A stretch of 55,030 nt of DNA from Archangiaceae bacterium (GCA_043750125.1 JAYVCD010000239.1:1-55030); one strand, 5' to 3'. Positions 39,210-48,048 are shown, counted from the first letter of the stretch. Made by a program: numbers and translations. Notes: generated by a model from the sequence alone, not told the origin.

Positions 39210-40312
39210 GGGATGAAGAAGAAGGCGATCGCCAGGATCGCGTAGACGCCCAACAGCATCACGCCCTCGAGCCAGTTGGATTCGCCGTCGAGCGCGATCA
39301 AGGTGGCGGCCCCGACGCCGATGCCCATTCCGACGACTTCCATGTGGGAAAACTCGAGCGTCAGCGGGTGGCCGAGGGGAATCGAAATCAGCACCAGCAC
39401 CGGAGCTACGAACAGCGCGATCTGCTTGCTCGACTCGAACGCGATGTTGAAGGCGAGATCCATCTTGTTCTTCATCGCCATGATGATCGCGGTGCTGTGC
39501 TCGGCGGCGTTGCCGATGATGGCGATGATGATGACGCCGACGAAGGTCTTGGTGAAGCCGAAGCTGGCGATCGCCGGTTCCAACGAATGGACGAGGAACT
39601 CGGCGACGACCACGACGCCGACGGTGGCGAGCGCGAGGACGATCGCGGCCTTCCTGATCGACCAGTGGGGAAGCTCTTCTTCGCCGCCGTCGCTCTCGCC
39701 CGCGTAGATGTGCGCGTGGGTCTTGAGCGCGAAGAGCAGCGAGAGGCCGTAGATGATGAGCAAGATGATCGCGATCCCGACCGACATCGGAAACAGCATC
39801 GGCAGGCCGGCGTCGCCACGGACGACGTGAAACAAGTCGGGGATGCTCATCGCGGTGACGGCGAGGAACATCATCGCTCCGCCCGAGAGTGCGGCGGTGG
39901 TGTTGAAGGTCTGCTTCTCGCGCTTGATTCCGCCCGCGACGATCGCCATGCCGAGGACGAGCAGGATATTTCCGAGGATTGCGCCGGTGATCGACGCCTT
40001 CACCACCTCGGTCTGGCCCTCGCGCAGCGCGGCGATCGCGATGATCATCTCGGCCGCGTTTCCGAAGCTGGCGTTCATCAGCCCGCCGAGCCCCGAGCCG
40101 ACCTTGTGCGCGATGACCTCGGTGGCCTCGCCCATCAGCCGGGCGAGCGGGATGATCGCGATCGCGCAGAAGACGAAGGTGTTGGTGCCGGGGAAGAAGA
40201 AGTGGGAAGCGACCGCGAGCGGGAAGAAGATCGCCAGCACCGCGAGGAAGACGCGATCGGCCGTGAGCCAGACCCTTTGACCGTCCTTTGGTGCAGTCGG
40301 AACGGGGGTCAT
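39206..40312 (-). CDS. cax: Calcium/proton exchanger
   Basis: Two GNAAE alpha-repeat motifs, GNILLVLG, DGESNWLEG. Confidence 0.92.
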   Translation of the reverse strand: MTPVPTAPKDGQRVWLTADRVFLAVLAIFFPLAVASHFFFPGTNTFVFCAIAIIPLARLMGEATEVIAHKVGSGLGGLMNASFGNAAEMIIAIAALREGQTEVVKASITGAILGNILLVLGMAIVAGGIKREKQTFNTTAALSGGAMMFLAVTAMSIPDLFHVVRGDAGLPMLFPMSVGIAIILLIIYGLSLLFALKTHAHIYAGESDGGEEELPHWSIRKAAIVLALATVGVVVVAEFLVHSLEPAIASFGFTKTFVGVIIIAIIGNAAEHSTAIIMAMKNKMDLAFNIAFESSKQIALFVAPVLVLISIPLGHPLTLEFSHMEVVGMGIGVGAATLIALDGESNWLEGVMLLGVYAILAIAFFFIP

Positions 40313-40325
40313 TGGCCGGCAGGGT

Positions 40326-41282
40326 CTACCAGCGTCGTTTCCCCATTGGGAGCGCAAAGGTCTTGGGTGGCCCGTTGTTCAAGGGGCTTGATGTCGAGCT
40401 GCCGACAAAGTTCGCACGACAAGCGTCGCCCGCACGGGCTCCGCGGTTGTATCGGGTCGCGCTGCGAGGCCACGCAGGGAGGCCAAACGCTTCAACCGCG
40501 GCGACGAAGCCGGATTGTGACGGCTGAATCTCCGCGCCCAATGGCTTGAGCCCACGGTCCTCGGCCTCCCGCAACAACCGGTCGAGCATCACCAGCTCGA
40601 GCCCGAGCCCCTGCGCGCGGCGCTGGAGAAAGGCGTGGCGGACGATGTTGTCCGCGGTGAGGCATGCGCAACCGACGATCTGGCCCTGGCGTTTGGCACC
40701 GACGACGACGCCATGGTGGATCAAGGATTCGAGCGCGTCTCCGCTGAGCGTTTGCCAGCGCGATAGGGCGATCGCGAACTGTTTGAGATTGTCCGGGCCG
40801 AGCACGTCGATCTCGACCGGGCCGAGCAGTTGGCGAAGACGGGCGGTGGATTCGGACGCGAGCGCACTAACCAGGGCGGCGTGAATGGTGCGGATTCGAG
40901 GCGAGTGGGCCGCGCGGCTCCAGACACGCTGGAATCCGAAGAGGGCGAAGCGGGCGGGGCGGGGCAATGGAATGACGGTCGACCCCCGGCGGACGGCGAC
41001 CGCGCGAGCCAGGACTTCGAGCCCCGGAAGATCTGGAGTTCCCGCAAATGACTCGGTGACCACCGGGTTGGTCGCGACGACGAGGTGGCCGATTAGAGCT
41101 CCGTCCGAACGCAACATCACCGCGATGTCTCCCTTCTTCAGCGCTGCCTGGGAACAACGAATGACCTTCAACGATTCTCCGCCGCGCAGCACGGGGCGCA
41201 TGCTGCTGCCTCGAACGCCGACCCACATCAGCTTGCCCTCGGGCTGGCCCTTCAGCACCGCACCGAGAACCTCGGACGTCAC
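40326..41282 (-). CDS. S24/S26 (signal-peptidase-like) peptidase fused to a GNAT-like domain
   Basis: GTG 41282 overlaps the kinase stop (GTGA). VRGSSMRP..GD/GE..GDI..IGHLVV peptidase core. C-terminal IVGC...FLQRRAQGLG resembles acetyl-CoA motif A. Confidence 0.7.
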   Translation of the reverse strand: MTSEVLGAVLKGQPEGKLMWVGVRGSSMRPVLRGGESLKVIRCSQAALKKGDIAVMLRSDGALIGHLVVATNPVVTESFAGTPDLPGLEVLARAVAVRRGSTVIPLPRPARFALFGFQRVWSRAAHSPRIRTIHAALVSALASESTARLRQLLGPVEIDVLGPDNLKQFAIALSRWQTLSGDALESLIHHGVVVGAKRQGQIVGCACLTADNIVRHAFLQRRAQGLGLELVMLDRLLREAEDRGLKPLGAEIQPSQSGFVAAVEAFGLPAWPRSATRYNRGARAGDACRANFVGSSTSSPLNNGPPKTFALPMGKRRW

Positions 41283-42070
41283 TTGGAAACCCACTCGCGG
41301 AGGAAAGGACCGACGGCGGGGTCTTTGCGGAAGGTGAGCTTGTGGACCCCGACCGCGTCGACGGCCGCCATCACCCGGCGGGTGACTTCGCCACGAGGCA
41401 CGATGTCGATGACTGAGGTGAAGATCTGGCTCAGCAGCTTGGGCATCGCTGCTGCGGGTTCCAGAGGGGTGAGCGCCTCGTGGTCTCCCTTCTCGAGCAG
41501 CAGCAAGGACTTCAGTTTCGTAGGTCCTGGGGAGCCGATGTTTTCGAGGTTGGACCGGAACGGAGTGCCCCAGCAGGTTCCGTCTGGGAAGAGTTGAATG
41601 ATTTCGTCGGTGAGGAGTTTGGCGTGGCCGGGATGGCCGGAGGACAACGCCGCGAGGGTGGATTTGCCGGCCGTGCTTTCACCGATCGCGGCGACTCCGT
41701 GCTCGCCCCAGGTGAAGGCGCAGCCGTGCATCAGGACTCCGCCTTGGCGGAGAGTTTCTATTTGATAGGCAATGCGAAGAATTGATTCCGCAGCCCAGAC
41801 GTCGTTGGGGATATGTGCGTAGAGCCGGTCGCTCTCGAGTGAGAAGTCGCCCCAAGGGGCCAAGCAGTCTTCGAGAACTCTCGATCGTGGCCGCGCTTGC
41901 GCGACCCGTTCAATGGTCAAAGTCGCGGCCTTCCTGGCGGCAAAAGGTCTGCAATCAACCCGCGCAGAGGCAAGGCCGACCAGGTCACCGCAATCGATCA
42001 CCCCACTGCCGCAAACAACAGCTGCCTCATAATCAGAGCAAGCCGCCACTGGTTCGGGTCTGAATTCCAA
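41279..42070 (-). CDS. HPr kinase-related P-loop kinase
   Basis: GVLMHGC (HprK His), Walker A GESTAGKST, LLTDE acidic pair, GTPF. Start uncertain. Confidence 0.8.
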   Translation of the reverse strand: MEFRPEPVAACSDYEAAVVCGSGVIDCGDLVGLASARVDCRPFAARKAATLTIERVAQARPRSRVLEDCLAPWGDFSLESDRLYAHIPNDVWAAESILRIAYQIETLRQGGVLMHGCAFTWGEHGVAAIGESTAGKSTLAALSSGHPGHAKLLTDEIIQLFPDGTCWGTPFRSNLENIGSPGPTKLKSLLLLEKGDHEALTPLEPAAAMPKLLSQIFTSVIDIVPRGEVTRRVMAAVDAVGVHKLTFRKDPAVGPFLREWVSK

Positions 42071-42091
42071 AACTTTAATAGTCGTAAGCCA

Positions 42092-42241
42092 CTAGCACCC
42101 CGGAGGACCACACGTCAGGCCTGAAGAGCAAAGAACTGTAGGAGGTTGGCAGGGACTGAGGGCCAGGAGCTGATTTGGCCCGTCGATCAACACGCTCAGG
42201 ATGGCAGGGGGTTTCCACGTACGCCGAGGACGATGGTTCAC
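42092..42241 (-). CDS. Putative RiPP-type precursor peptide (49 aa, WxxP leader, Cys-rich core)
   Basis: Hand translation: MNHRPRRTWKPPAILSVLIDGPNQLLALSPCQPPTVLCSSGLTCGPPGC*. GTG overlaps the upstream TGA (GTGA). Lies among RRE, kinase and peptidase genes. Confidence 0.72.
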   Translation of the reverse strand: MNHRPRRTWKPPAILSVLIDGPNQLLALSPCQPPTVLCSSGLTCGPPGC

Positions 42242-45200
42242 GGCGGGTTCCATACAGTCACCTTTCCATTTCCGTCGAGAAAATCACCCGCTGCGATATC
42301 GCGCTTTCCGTCGCCATTGAAATCACCGGATGACATGCGAGTTCCGAGGCCGCTCGTTCCCGGAATCGTGCTGAGCTTGGCCTGCCAAAATCCAACGCCT
42401 GCGACAGTATCGAACTCCATTCCTGCCAAACGTCTGTTCTTGAACACCCAGATGTTTGCCGAGGTGGAAAACCCATGGCTGACGACCAAATCTGTTCCAG
42501 ATCCTGGAGCCAAATCGAGCGCCAGAACGTCGCTACCAAAAAACGACGAAGGAGGACCCGTGATCGTTGTCGATTCGCCCGGAAACAGAGCACCGGTCCG
42601 ATCGGTGTGAATCATGACCCGATTGCCAGTCGCCCAGGACACGATCAAATCCAAAGCGCTTCCACCTGTGACATTCACACCGCCAATGACTCGCACCCCA
42701 TAACCCGACTGTGATGCGGGCGCGTGAGTCGGCTTTGCAAACGATTGAAGGGAATCGTCGGGGATGCCCGCGTCAATTCCGCCGGTGGTGAATACTGTCC
42801 CTGCGTCTGCAGCTGACACGACGCTTCCGCCAAAGATGAAGATCCGATTCGCCGACTCGAGTGAGGCCGGAATGACAAAATCGGACGGCCCGGAAGTCCC
42901 GAGGCGACCCAGGTTCGCGAAGCCGCCCGGCGCGCTCCCGAAGCCGTTACCGGCTGCGGGCGAAGGCAAAGGGCCCATGAAGTTGCGATCGGCGCTCGAC
43001 ATCGGGATCGGCTGGGGGAGCGCCTTCCAAGCGGCTTCACTGCGGCCGTAGAACAAATAGACACGGCCGCGATTGGAATTTTCGTTGTCTCCCGCGAGGA
43101 AGATGTCGTCGATTCCATCTCCGTCTAGATCGCGGACAATTTGAGCTGAACGTCCAAGCTGACTCGCGGCGTTTCCGGCAAAGACCACGTAGTCCGCAGC
43201 CGTCGTGCCGAGCTGCGGCTGATTCCGTCCAAAAAACAACAGCGCCCGTCCTGCTGACATGTTTGCAGTGGGCGAGCCGACAAGAAGATCCTTCTTCGTA
43301 GAACCGGTCCCATCGTCCGCAGCATTTCCAACCGAGCAGTCGGCTCCGAAGGCACCGAGTACCGAGTCCGGAGGCTGAATTTCCTGGGGAGCCGCATTGC
43401 CAAAACTCGACCCGCCGTAATAGACAAAGACCCGATCAGCAGCTTGTGCACTCACGACAAGATCGTCCACTGCATCGCTGTTGAGACTTCCGTTCGCAGC
43501 CGTAACGAATCCAAAAAGTTTGCCAGCTCCACTCGTCGGCGCAGCAAGACTGTAAATGTTCCAAGGGTTATTCACGGTCTGTCCTGCTCCAGCCGGCACA
43601 AAGGCAGAGTAGTTCCCCACTTCATCCCGCGCTCTCACGTAGTACCGCGTGGTGACGAGCGGAGGCGTCAATACATCTCGACTGATGGTCGCTGACGACC
43701 ACGCCGAAGTGGAATCCGCATAAGCCATTGCAGAATTGAAGAAGTCGTCCGACGAGCCCAGTCCCGCGCTGACAACAGACGTAGTCCAACGCACGTCGTA
43801 GTACCCGCCATTCGGCCCTGGCACCAAACCACCCGACGCAGCACTGTTGCCGTCGTCGTAGACCGGGCCCCAGGTCAGGTTGATGATCGCCTCACGCTCC
43901 TTCCCGGCGAACAGCGTCGCCAGAACAACCGGAGCCGCAGGCGCAACGACATCCACAATTGCGCTCGACGTCTGATCAACGACGTTCCCAGCAGCATCCG
44001 AGACGCGAATGGTCAGCGGTCCGGTGGAGTTCTGGCTCAGAGTCACGGGAAGGGTAACCGATTCCGAGGCGGTCACGATGTTCACCGGGCCGGAGACCGT
44101 GACACCTTGGTACAAAACAGACACCCGACCCCCGGCAGCTCCGGCGGCATTCAAGCTCACGACGAACTGAGCGCCCGCCTTGCTTTCGTCGGTGTCCACG
44201 ATGAAGCCTGGAGTCGCGGGCGGACGAAGGAAGTAGTTTCCCGGCGCCACGAAGGTGAAATTCGCGCCCGCAGGCGAAACCGCGGTCACGACCGGATCCG
44301 TGAGGTCAACGGTGACGACAACGGCGCGCGCGGTGGCGCCGCCACTGTTCATTTCGGCGGTCAGCGTCAGAACGCCCTCAGGCAGGGAAACGGGGAAGCT
44401 GAAGCCACCCGTCCCACCCGTCATCGCAGGAGAACCCGGTAGCTCCGTCTTTCCCGCCCCAGTGCCGGTGAAGAAACGAATCGGCTGACTGGCGCAATTG
44501 GTACTCCCAGCCAAAGTGTATTCCAGCGTGGCTGCGGTCGCAGGAGTCGCGTCGTTGCTCTTGTTCAAGAAGGCCGGATTTCCCGTGGGCGAAGCAAAAG
44601 TGATGCTGCAGCCTGGCGCGTTCACCACGATGACTTGAGTGGTCGAGCAGGTATTGCCCGCTGCATCCGTTACTGACGCGCGGACAGTCTGAGTCCCGCT
44701 CGGAAAGGTAATCGTCTTCTGTGCCGTCCCGGCAGCGACAGTCATCTGGTCCTGTTGAGCTTCTGCGGCTGCTCCAACCTGAGAGAACACCCGGGCGATC
44801 AAGCCATTGCCATTCGTGACCGAGACATTGGTCGGAATGTCGTACGTGGCGTAGTCCCCACCCGATCCCGTCCCTCCTCCAGCGACCGGGGAAATCAAAG
44901 TGCAACCCGGAGCGACGAGATCCACCAGCACCTGCATGGTGGGGTTGGGCGTCACGTTGACGTTGCCCGCGCGATCTCGCACCTGGCAAGTCACGGTGTA
45001 GTTCGTCTCGCCCGTACCGGCGACGGTGAAGTCCTCAGTCGCGACGCCCCCGGACGGAGTCGGAGTCTTCACATCAGCCGCCGCACCTCCCGTCAGCGTC
45101 AGAGTCGCCCCAGCCGCCTGAACGTCGGCCGACACGGCAACCGAAGCGGTGACTTGATAGCCAGACAATGCGCCATCAGCGTCATCCGCCGTCCCGAGCG

Positions 45201-47577
45201 CAGCCTTGTTGGGAAGAATGAAGCTGCAGGTGGGACGAATTCGGTCTACCCGCAGACTGGTGATTGCTGCACTGTTGAGAGGATCATTGGCGGTCGGGTT
45301 GGCCACGATGTTGGTGTTGCCAACCGCGTCCTGCACCACCACAACCAGGCTGAAGTCCGCTTCGGTTGCGGAACCTGCGGCGAGCCCCGGCAGTGGAACG
45401 GTGGCCGCATTGTTTACGACAGTGACCGCCGTCGCAGGACTCACGGCCGTACCGGTTGAAAGTCGGACCAAGAGGGTCTGACCATTCTCCACACCCGAAG
45501 TCGTGATCAACGCAACGGGATCTCCACTCGCCTGCTCGCTCAGGTTGAGGATTCCGTCGGCGTTCGCGTCGCCCTGGAATGTCACGCCGACGACCGTCGG
45601 TCGGACCGTATCAACGACGATTGGGACGTACGAGGATGCGGCCGTTCCGCCCCCAGCAAAAACAAACACGACCTTCAACTGATACGCACCCTCGGGATAG
45701 TTGAAGGTGTTGGTGCTCTGAGGAACGTTGTTCGCGAGGACAAATCCGACGCCATCGGGACAAGCCATTGAGCCCGCCACGACCTGAGTCGCAGTACAAA
45801 CGGTTGCGCTGGCGCCCGCGGGAAGTGTGGGTTGGTACAACAACGTGTACTGCCCCCCTGCGACGGCACGCTGCAAATCCAACGCGGCAGTGACCTTGAA
45901 GTTCGCGATCGGAAAGGTCAGTGACGGGGACTGAAGGTTGACAATGATTGTCACCGTCGTCTTCGTGACATTCCCTACGCCATCATCAATCTGCGCTTCG
46001 AAATTCACCGAGGCCGGCGCGGTCTCAGGAATCACAAAATTCGGAGACCGATACACGCCCGCGCCATCGGTCACCCCGCTCAGGGTCTGCGGCGCAACGC
46101 CGGCATTGTTCACCGCACGAATGCTGACGCTCTTCCCTGCACACGCCGAGGTCGTAGTGACCTCGAGCGCATAGCTCAGCGTCGCCGCTCCAGGCGTCGA
46201 GTTGTTCGACTGAGTCAGCGTGACCGGGTTGGCCGACGGCCGCGAGAACGTGAGCGGGCAACCCACCGCGGCGACCGTGATGTCCTGCGTCACTGGCGCG
46301 GACACATTCCCCAGCGCGTCCGTCGCCACGGCGCTCACCGTCTGGGCACCATTCTGAAACGACCCCAGCCCGGTGGCATTGTTCGCCACGACCGCGAGCA
46401 CTCCGAGATCGCGCTTCACTCCCGCGAGGGTGGTGCTGAATTGAACGCTGACGGCTCCACCGGTCGTCGTTGCGGTCAGAGGAATATTGAAGGTCGAGTA
46501 CGGGCTGCCTGCCATCGTGGGGGAAGTAATCGCCAGGGTCGGTGCCTCGAAATCGACAGTGATCGGAGTGGTCGCAGTGCAGACATTCCCGCTGCTGTCC
46601 GTTGCTTCGACTGTAAATGTATAAACCTGGGTCCCACTGGCCGGAACCAGGAAGTCAGCCACGAACGCCGCACCCGTAAACGACTTCGACCCCGTGCTTT
46701 CTGGAGTCGAAATTTTGAGCGCGATGAACTTCGCTTTTGCGCTGGCATTGCCCGTCGCCCGCACCTGGTAGCCCGCGACGGTGGTGTTCGCGTCGTCGTT
46801 GGGACCGACGAGCGCCTTCTCGGTCGTGACCAAGCAGGTGGGAAGCGTGCGGTCCACCGCGATCATCTTCACCGCGTCCGGGTTGCCGGTCTGCGAATTG
46901 CTCAGTGAGCCATGGGTCACCTTGGCAAACAACGAATACGCGCCATCCGCGAGCGCGGCCGCCGGCACCTGCACCGTCACCGCTGAATTGGCAATCGCCG
47001 ACGACGCGAGCACCGTGTTGTTCGCGGTGTTGAGAATCTGCACCGTTCCCCCAATCGCTCCCTGGGTGACCAGCTCAATCCGCAGGTCCGAAGCAGTCGG
47101 CAGCTCAATGCTGTTCAACACGCCCGTCGGCATCGCGGTGTCTTGTGGATACGCAAACGTCACGACCTTCGGCGGGTCATTGGTGACGGGGACTTCGACC
47201 TCAATCGACTTGGTCCCGGTGCACGCGGTGCCCTTCTTCTTCACCGTGACTTTGAGGACGTTCTTACCCGGCTCGAGGGTGACGGCGACAAACGTCGCTT
47301 TCCCCGCCTCGAGGGTGCCGTCGCGGGGCACGGTGAAGCCCGTCCCCGAGCTGGGGCGCGAGACCAACTGGGCGCTGTCGAGCTCAATCAAACCGCCCGC
47401 GCTGTTGGCAACCTTGATGGTCACATCGACCGTGGAAGGGACGGCGGTCATCCCGTCTTTGGGAGCCTCGAAGGTGACGAAGAGGTCTTCGCATTCCGAG
47501 GGGCCGGGGCACGAACAGCCGCCCGCAATCGCCATCACACCCAGTACGCACCACAGCCTCGTCATGTTCGCTCGCAT
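42238..47577 (-). CDS. Giant surface lipoprotein with bacterial Ig-like repeats and C-terminal FG-GAP (integrin-alpha-like) propeller
   Basis: AGGTGAGG upstream of ATG 47577, lipobox IAGGC, many TDAAGN...VD..AP Ig-type repeats, FG-GAP motifs (DLDGDGIDD, GDFNGDGKRD, RVFVYYG). Confidence 0.82.
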   Translation of the reverse strand: MRANMTRLWCVLGVMAIAGGCSCPGPSECEDLFVTFEAPKDGMTAVPSTVDVTIKVANSAGGLIELDSAQLVSRPSSGTGFTVPRDGTLEAGKATFVAVTLEPGKNVLKVTVKKKGTACTGTKSIEVEVPVTNDPPKVVTFAYPQDTAMPTGVLNSIELPTASDLRIELVTQGAIGGTVQILNTANNTVLASSAIANSAVTVQVPAAALADGAYSLFAKVTHGSLSNSQTGNPDAVKMIAVDRTLPTCLVTTEKALVGPNDDANTTVAGYQVRATGNASAKAKFIALKISTPESTGSKSFTGAAFVADFLVPASGTQVYTFTVEATDSSGNVCTATTPITVDFEAPTLAITSPTMAGSPYSTFNIPLTATTTGGAVSVQFSTTLAGVKRDLGVLAVVANNATGLGSFQNGAQTVSAVATDALGNVSAPVTQDITVAAVGCPLTFSRPSANPVTLTQSNNSTPGAATLSYALEVTTTSACAGKSVSIRAVNNAGVAPQTLSGVTDGAGVYRSPNFVIPETAPASVNFEAQIDDGVGNVTKTTVTIIVNLQSPSLTFPIANFKVTAALDLQRAVAGGQYTLLYQPTLPAGASATVCTATQVVAGSMACPDGVGFVLANNVPQSTNTFNYPEGAYQLKVVFVFAGGGTAASSYVPIVVDTVRPTVVGVTFQGDANADGILNLSEQASGDPVALITTSGVENGQTLLVRLSTGTAVSPATAVTVVNNAATVPLPGLAAGSATEADFSLVVVVQDAVGNTNIVANPTANDPLNSAAITSLRVDRIRPTCSFILPNKAALGTADDADGALSGYQVTASVAVSADVQAAGATLTLTGGAAADVKTPTPSGGVATEDFTVAGTGETNYTVTCQVRDRAGNVNVTPNPTMQVLVDLVAPGCTLISPVAGGGTGSGGDYATYDIPTNVSVTNGNGLIARVFSQVGAAAEAQQDQMTVAAGTAQKTITFPSGTQTVRASVTDAAGNTCSTTQVIVVNAPGCSITFASPTGNPAFLNKSNDATPATAATLEYTLAGSTNCASQPIRFFTGTGAGKTELPGSPAMTGGTGGFSFPVSLPEGVLTLTAEMNSGGATARAVVVTVDLTDPVVTAVSPAGANFTFVAPGNYFLRPPATPGFIVDTDESKAGAQFVVSLNAAGAAGGRVSVLYQGVTVSGPVNIVTASESVTLPVTLSQNSTGPLTIRVSDAAGNVVDQTSSAIVDVVAPAAPVVLATLFAGKEREAIINLTWGPVYDDGNSAASGGLVPGPNGGYYDVRWTTSVVSAGLGSSDDFFNSAMAYADSTSAWSSATISRDVLTPPLVTTRYYVRARDEVGNYSAFVPAGAGQTVNNPWNIYSLAAPTSGAGKLFGFVTAANGSLNSDAVDDLVVSAQAADRVFVYYGGSSFGNAAPQEIQPPDSVLGAFGADCSVGNAADDGTGSTKKDLLVGSPTANMSAGRALLFFGRNQPQLGTTAADYVVFAGNAASQLGRSAQIVRDLDGDGIDDIFLAGDNENSNRGRVYLFYGRSEAAWKALPQPIPMSSADRNFMGPLPSPAAGNGFGSAPGGFANLGRLGTSGPSDFVIPASLESANRIFIFGGSVVSAADAGTVFTTGGIDAGIPDDSLQSFAKPTHAPASQSGYGVRVIGGVNVTGGSALDLIVSWATGNRVMIHTDRTGALFPGESTTITGPPSSFFGSDVLALDLAPGSGTDLVVSHGFSTSANIWVFKNRRLAGMEFDTVAGVGFWQAKLSTIPGTSGLGTRMSSGDFNGDGKRDIAAGDFLDGNGKVTVWNPP

Positions 47578-47641
47578 CGATGCCTCACCTGCAGAGCCGC
47601 GCATGGTGGCTCTGCTGAGTACCGCCCTCGCCGCTCCCCAT

Positions 47642-47953
47642 TCAGTCCGGGGACAGCACCTTCTTTTGAACCAGGATCTCTATGAATTGAACCGTCTGCT
47701 GCTCGCACTCGGCCTGCTCGACTTCGAACTCGCTCTGAAGCACCGCGGCGATTTCCCCCACCGTACGGTTGCCATCCACCAACGAAATGATCCGTTCGCC
47801 CACTTCTGACACTTCCCCCTCGGCTTCGAAGGTGTGGAGCGCGTCATCAGGCGTTGCCGCCATCCACCGTCCCTTGACCTGCTGTACACCCGTTTCCGGA
47901 TGTACCCGAGGCACCCAATTCAGCCATTGATGAAAGGTGCGCCCAGTCGTCAT
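47642..47953 (-). CDS. Stand-alone PqqD family protein / RiPP recognition element (RRE)
   Basis: 103 aa: SEVGERIISLVDGNRTVGEIAAVLQSEFEVEQAECEQQTVQFIEILVQKKVL, the PqqD helical signature. Confidence 0.88.
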   Translation of the reverse strand: MTTGRTFHQWLNWVPRVHPETGVQQVKGRWMAATPDDALHTFEAEGEVSEVGERIISLVDGNRTVGEIAAVLQSEFEVEQAECEQQTVQFIEILVQKKVLSPD

Positions 47954-48048
47954 GAAACCGCGTGAAACTCATTCCGCCGTCGGCCCACCGAGCGGAAAAG
48001 TCGACTTAGCCGAAGCGGTCTCTTCGACACAAGGACGAGCGGGTCCGA

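Noticed and set aside
40326-47953. Lasso peptide or PQQ biosynthesis cluster
   Set aside because: No asparagine-synthetase-like cyclase or transglutaminase-like B2 protease, no ring Asp/Glu in the core, and no pqqB/C/E or ExxxY precursor.
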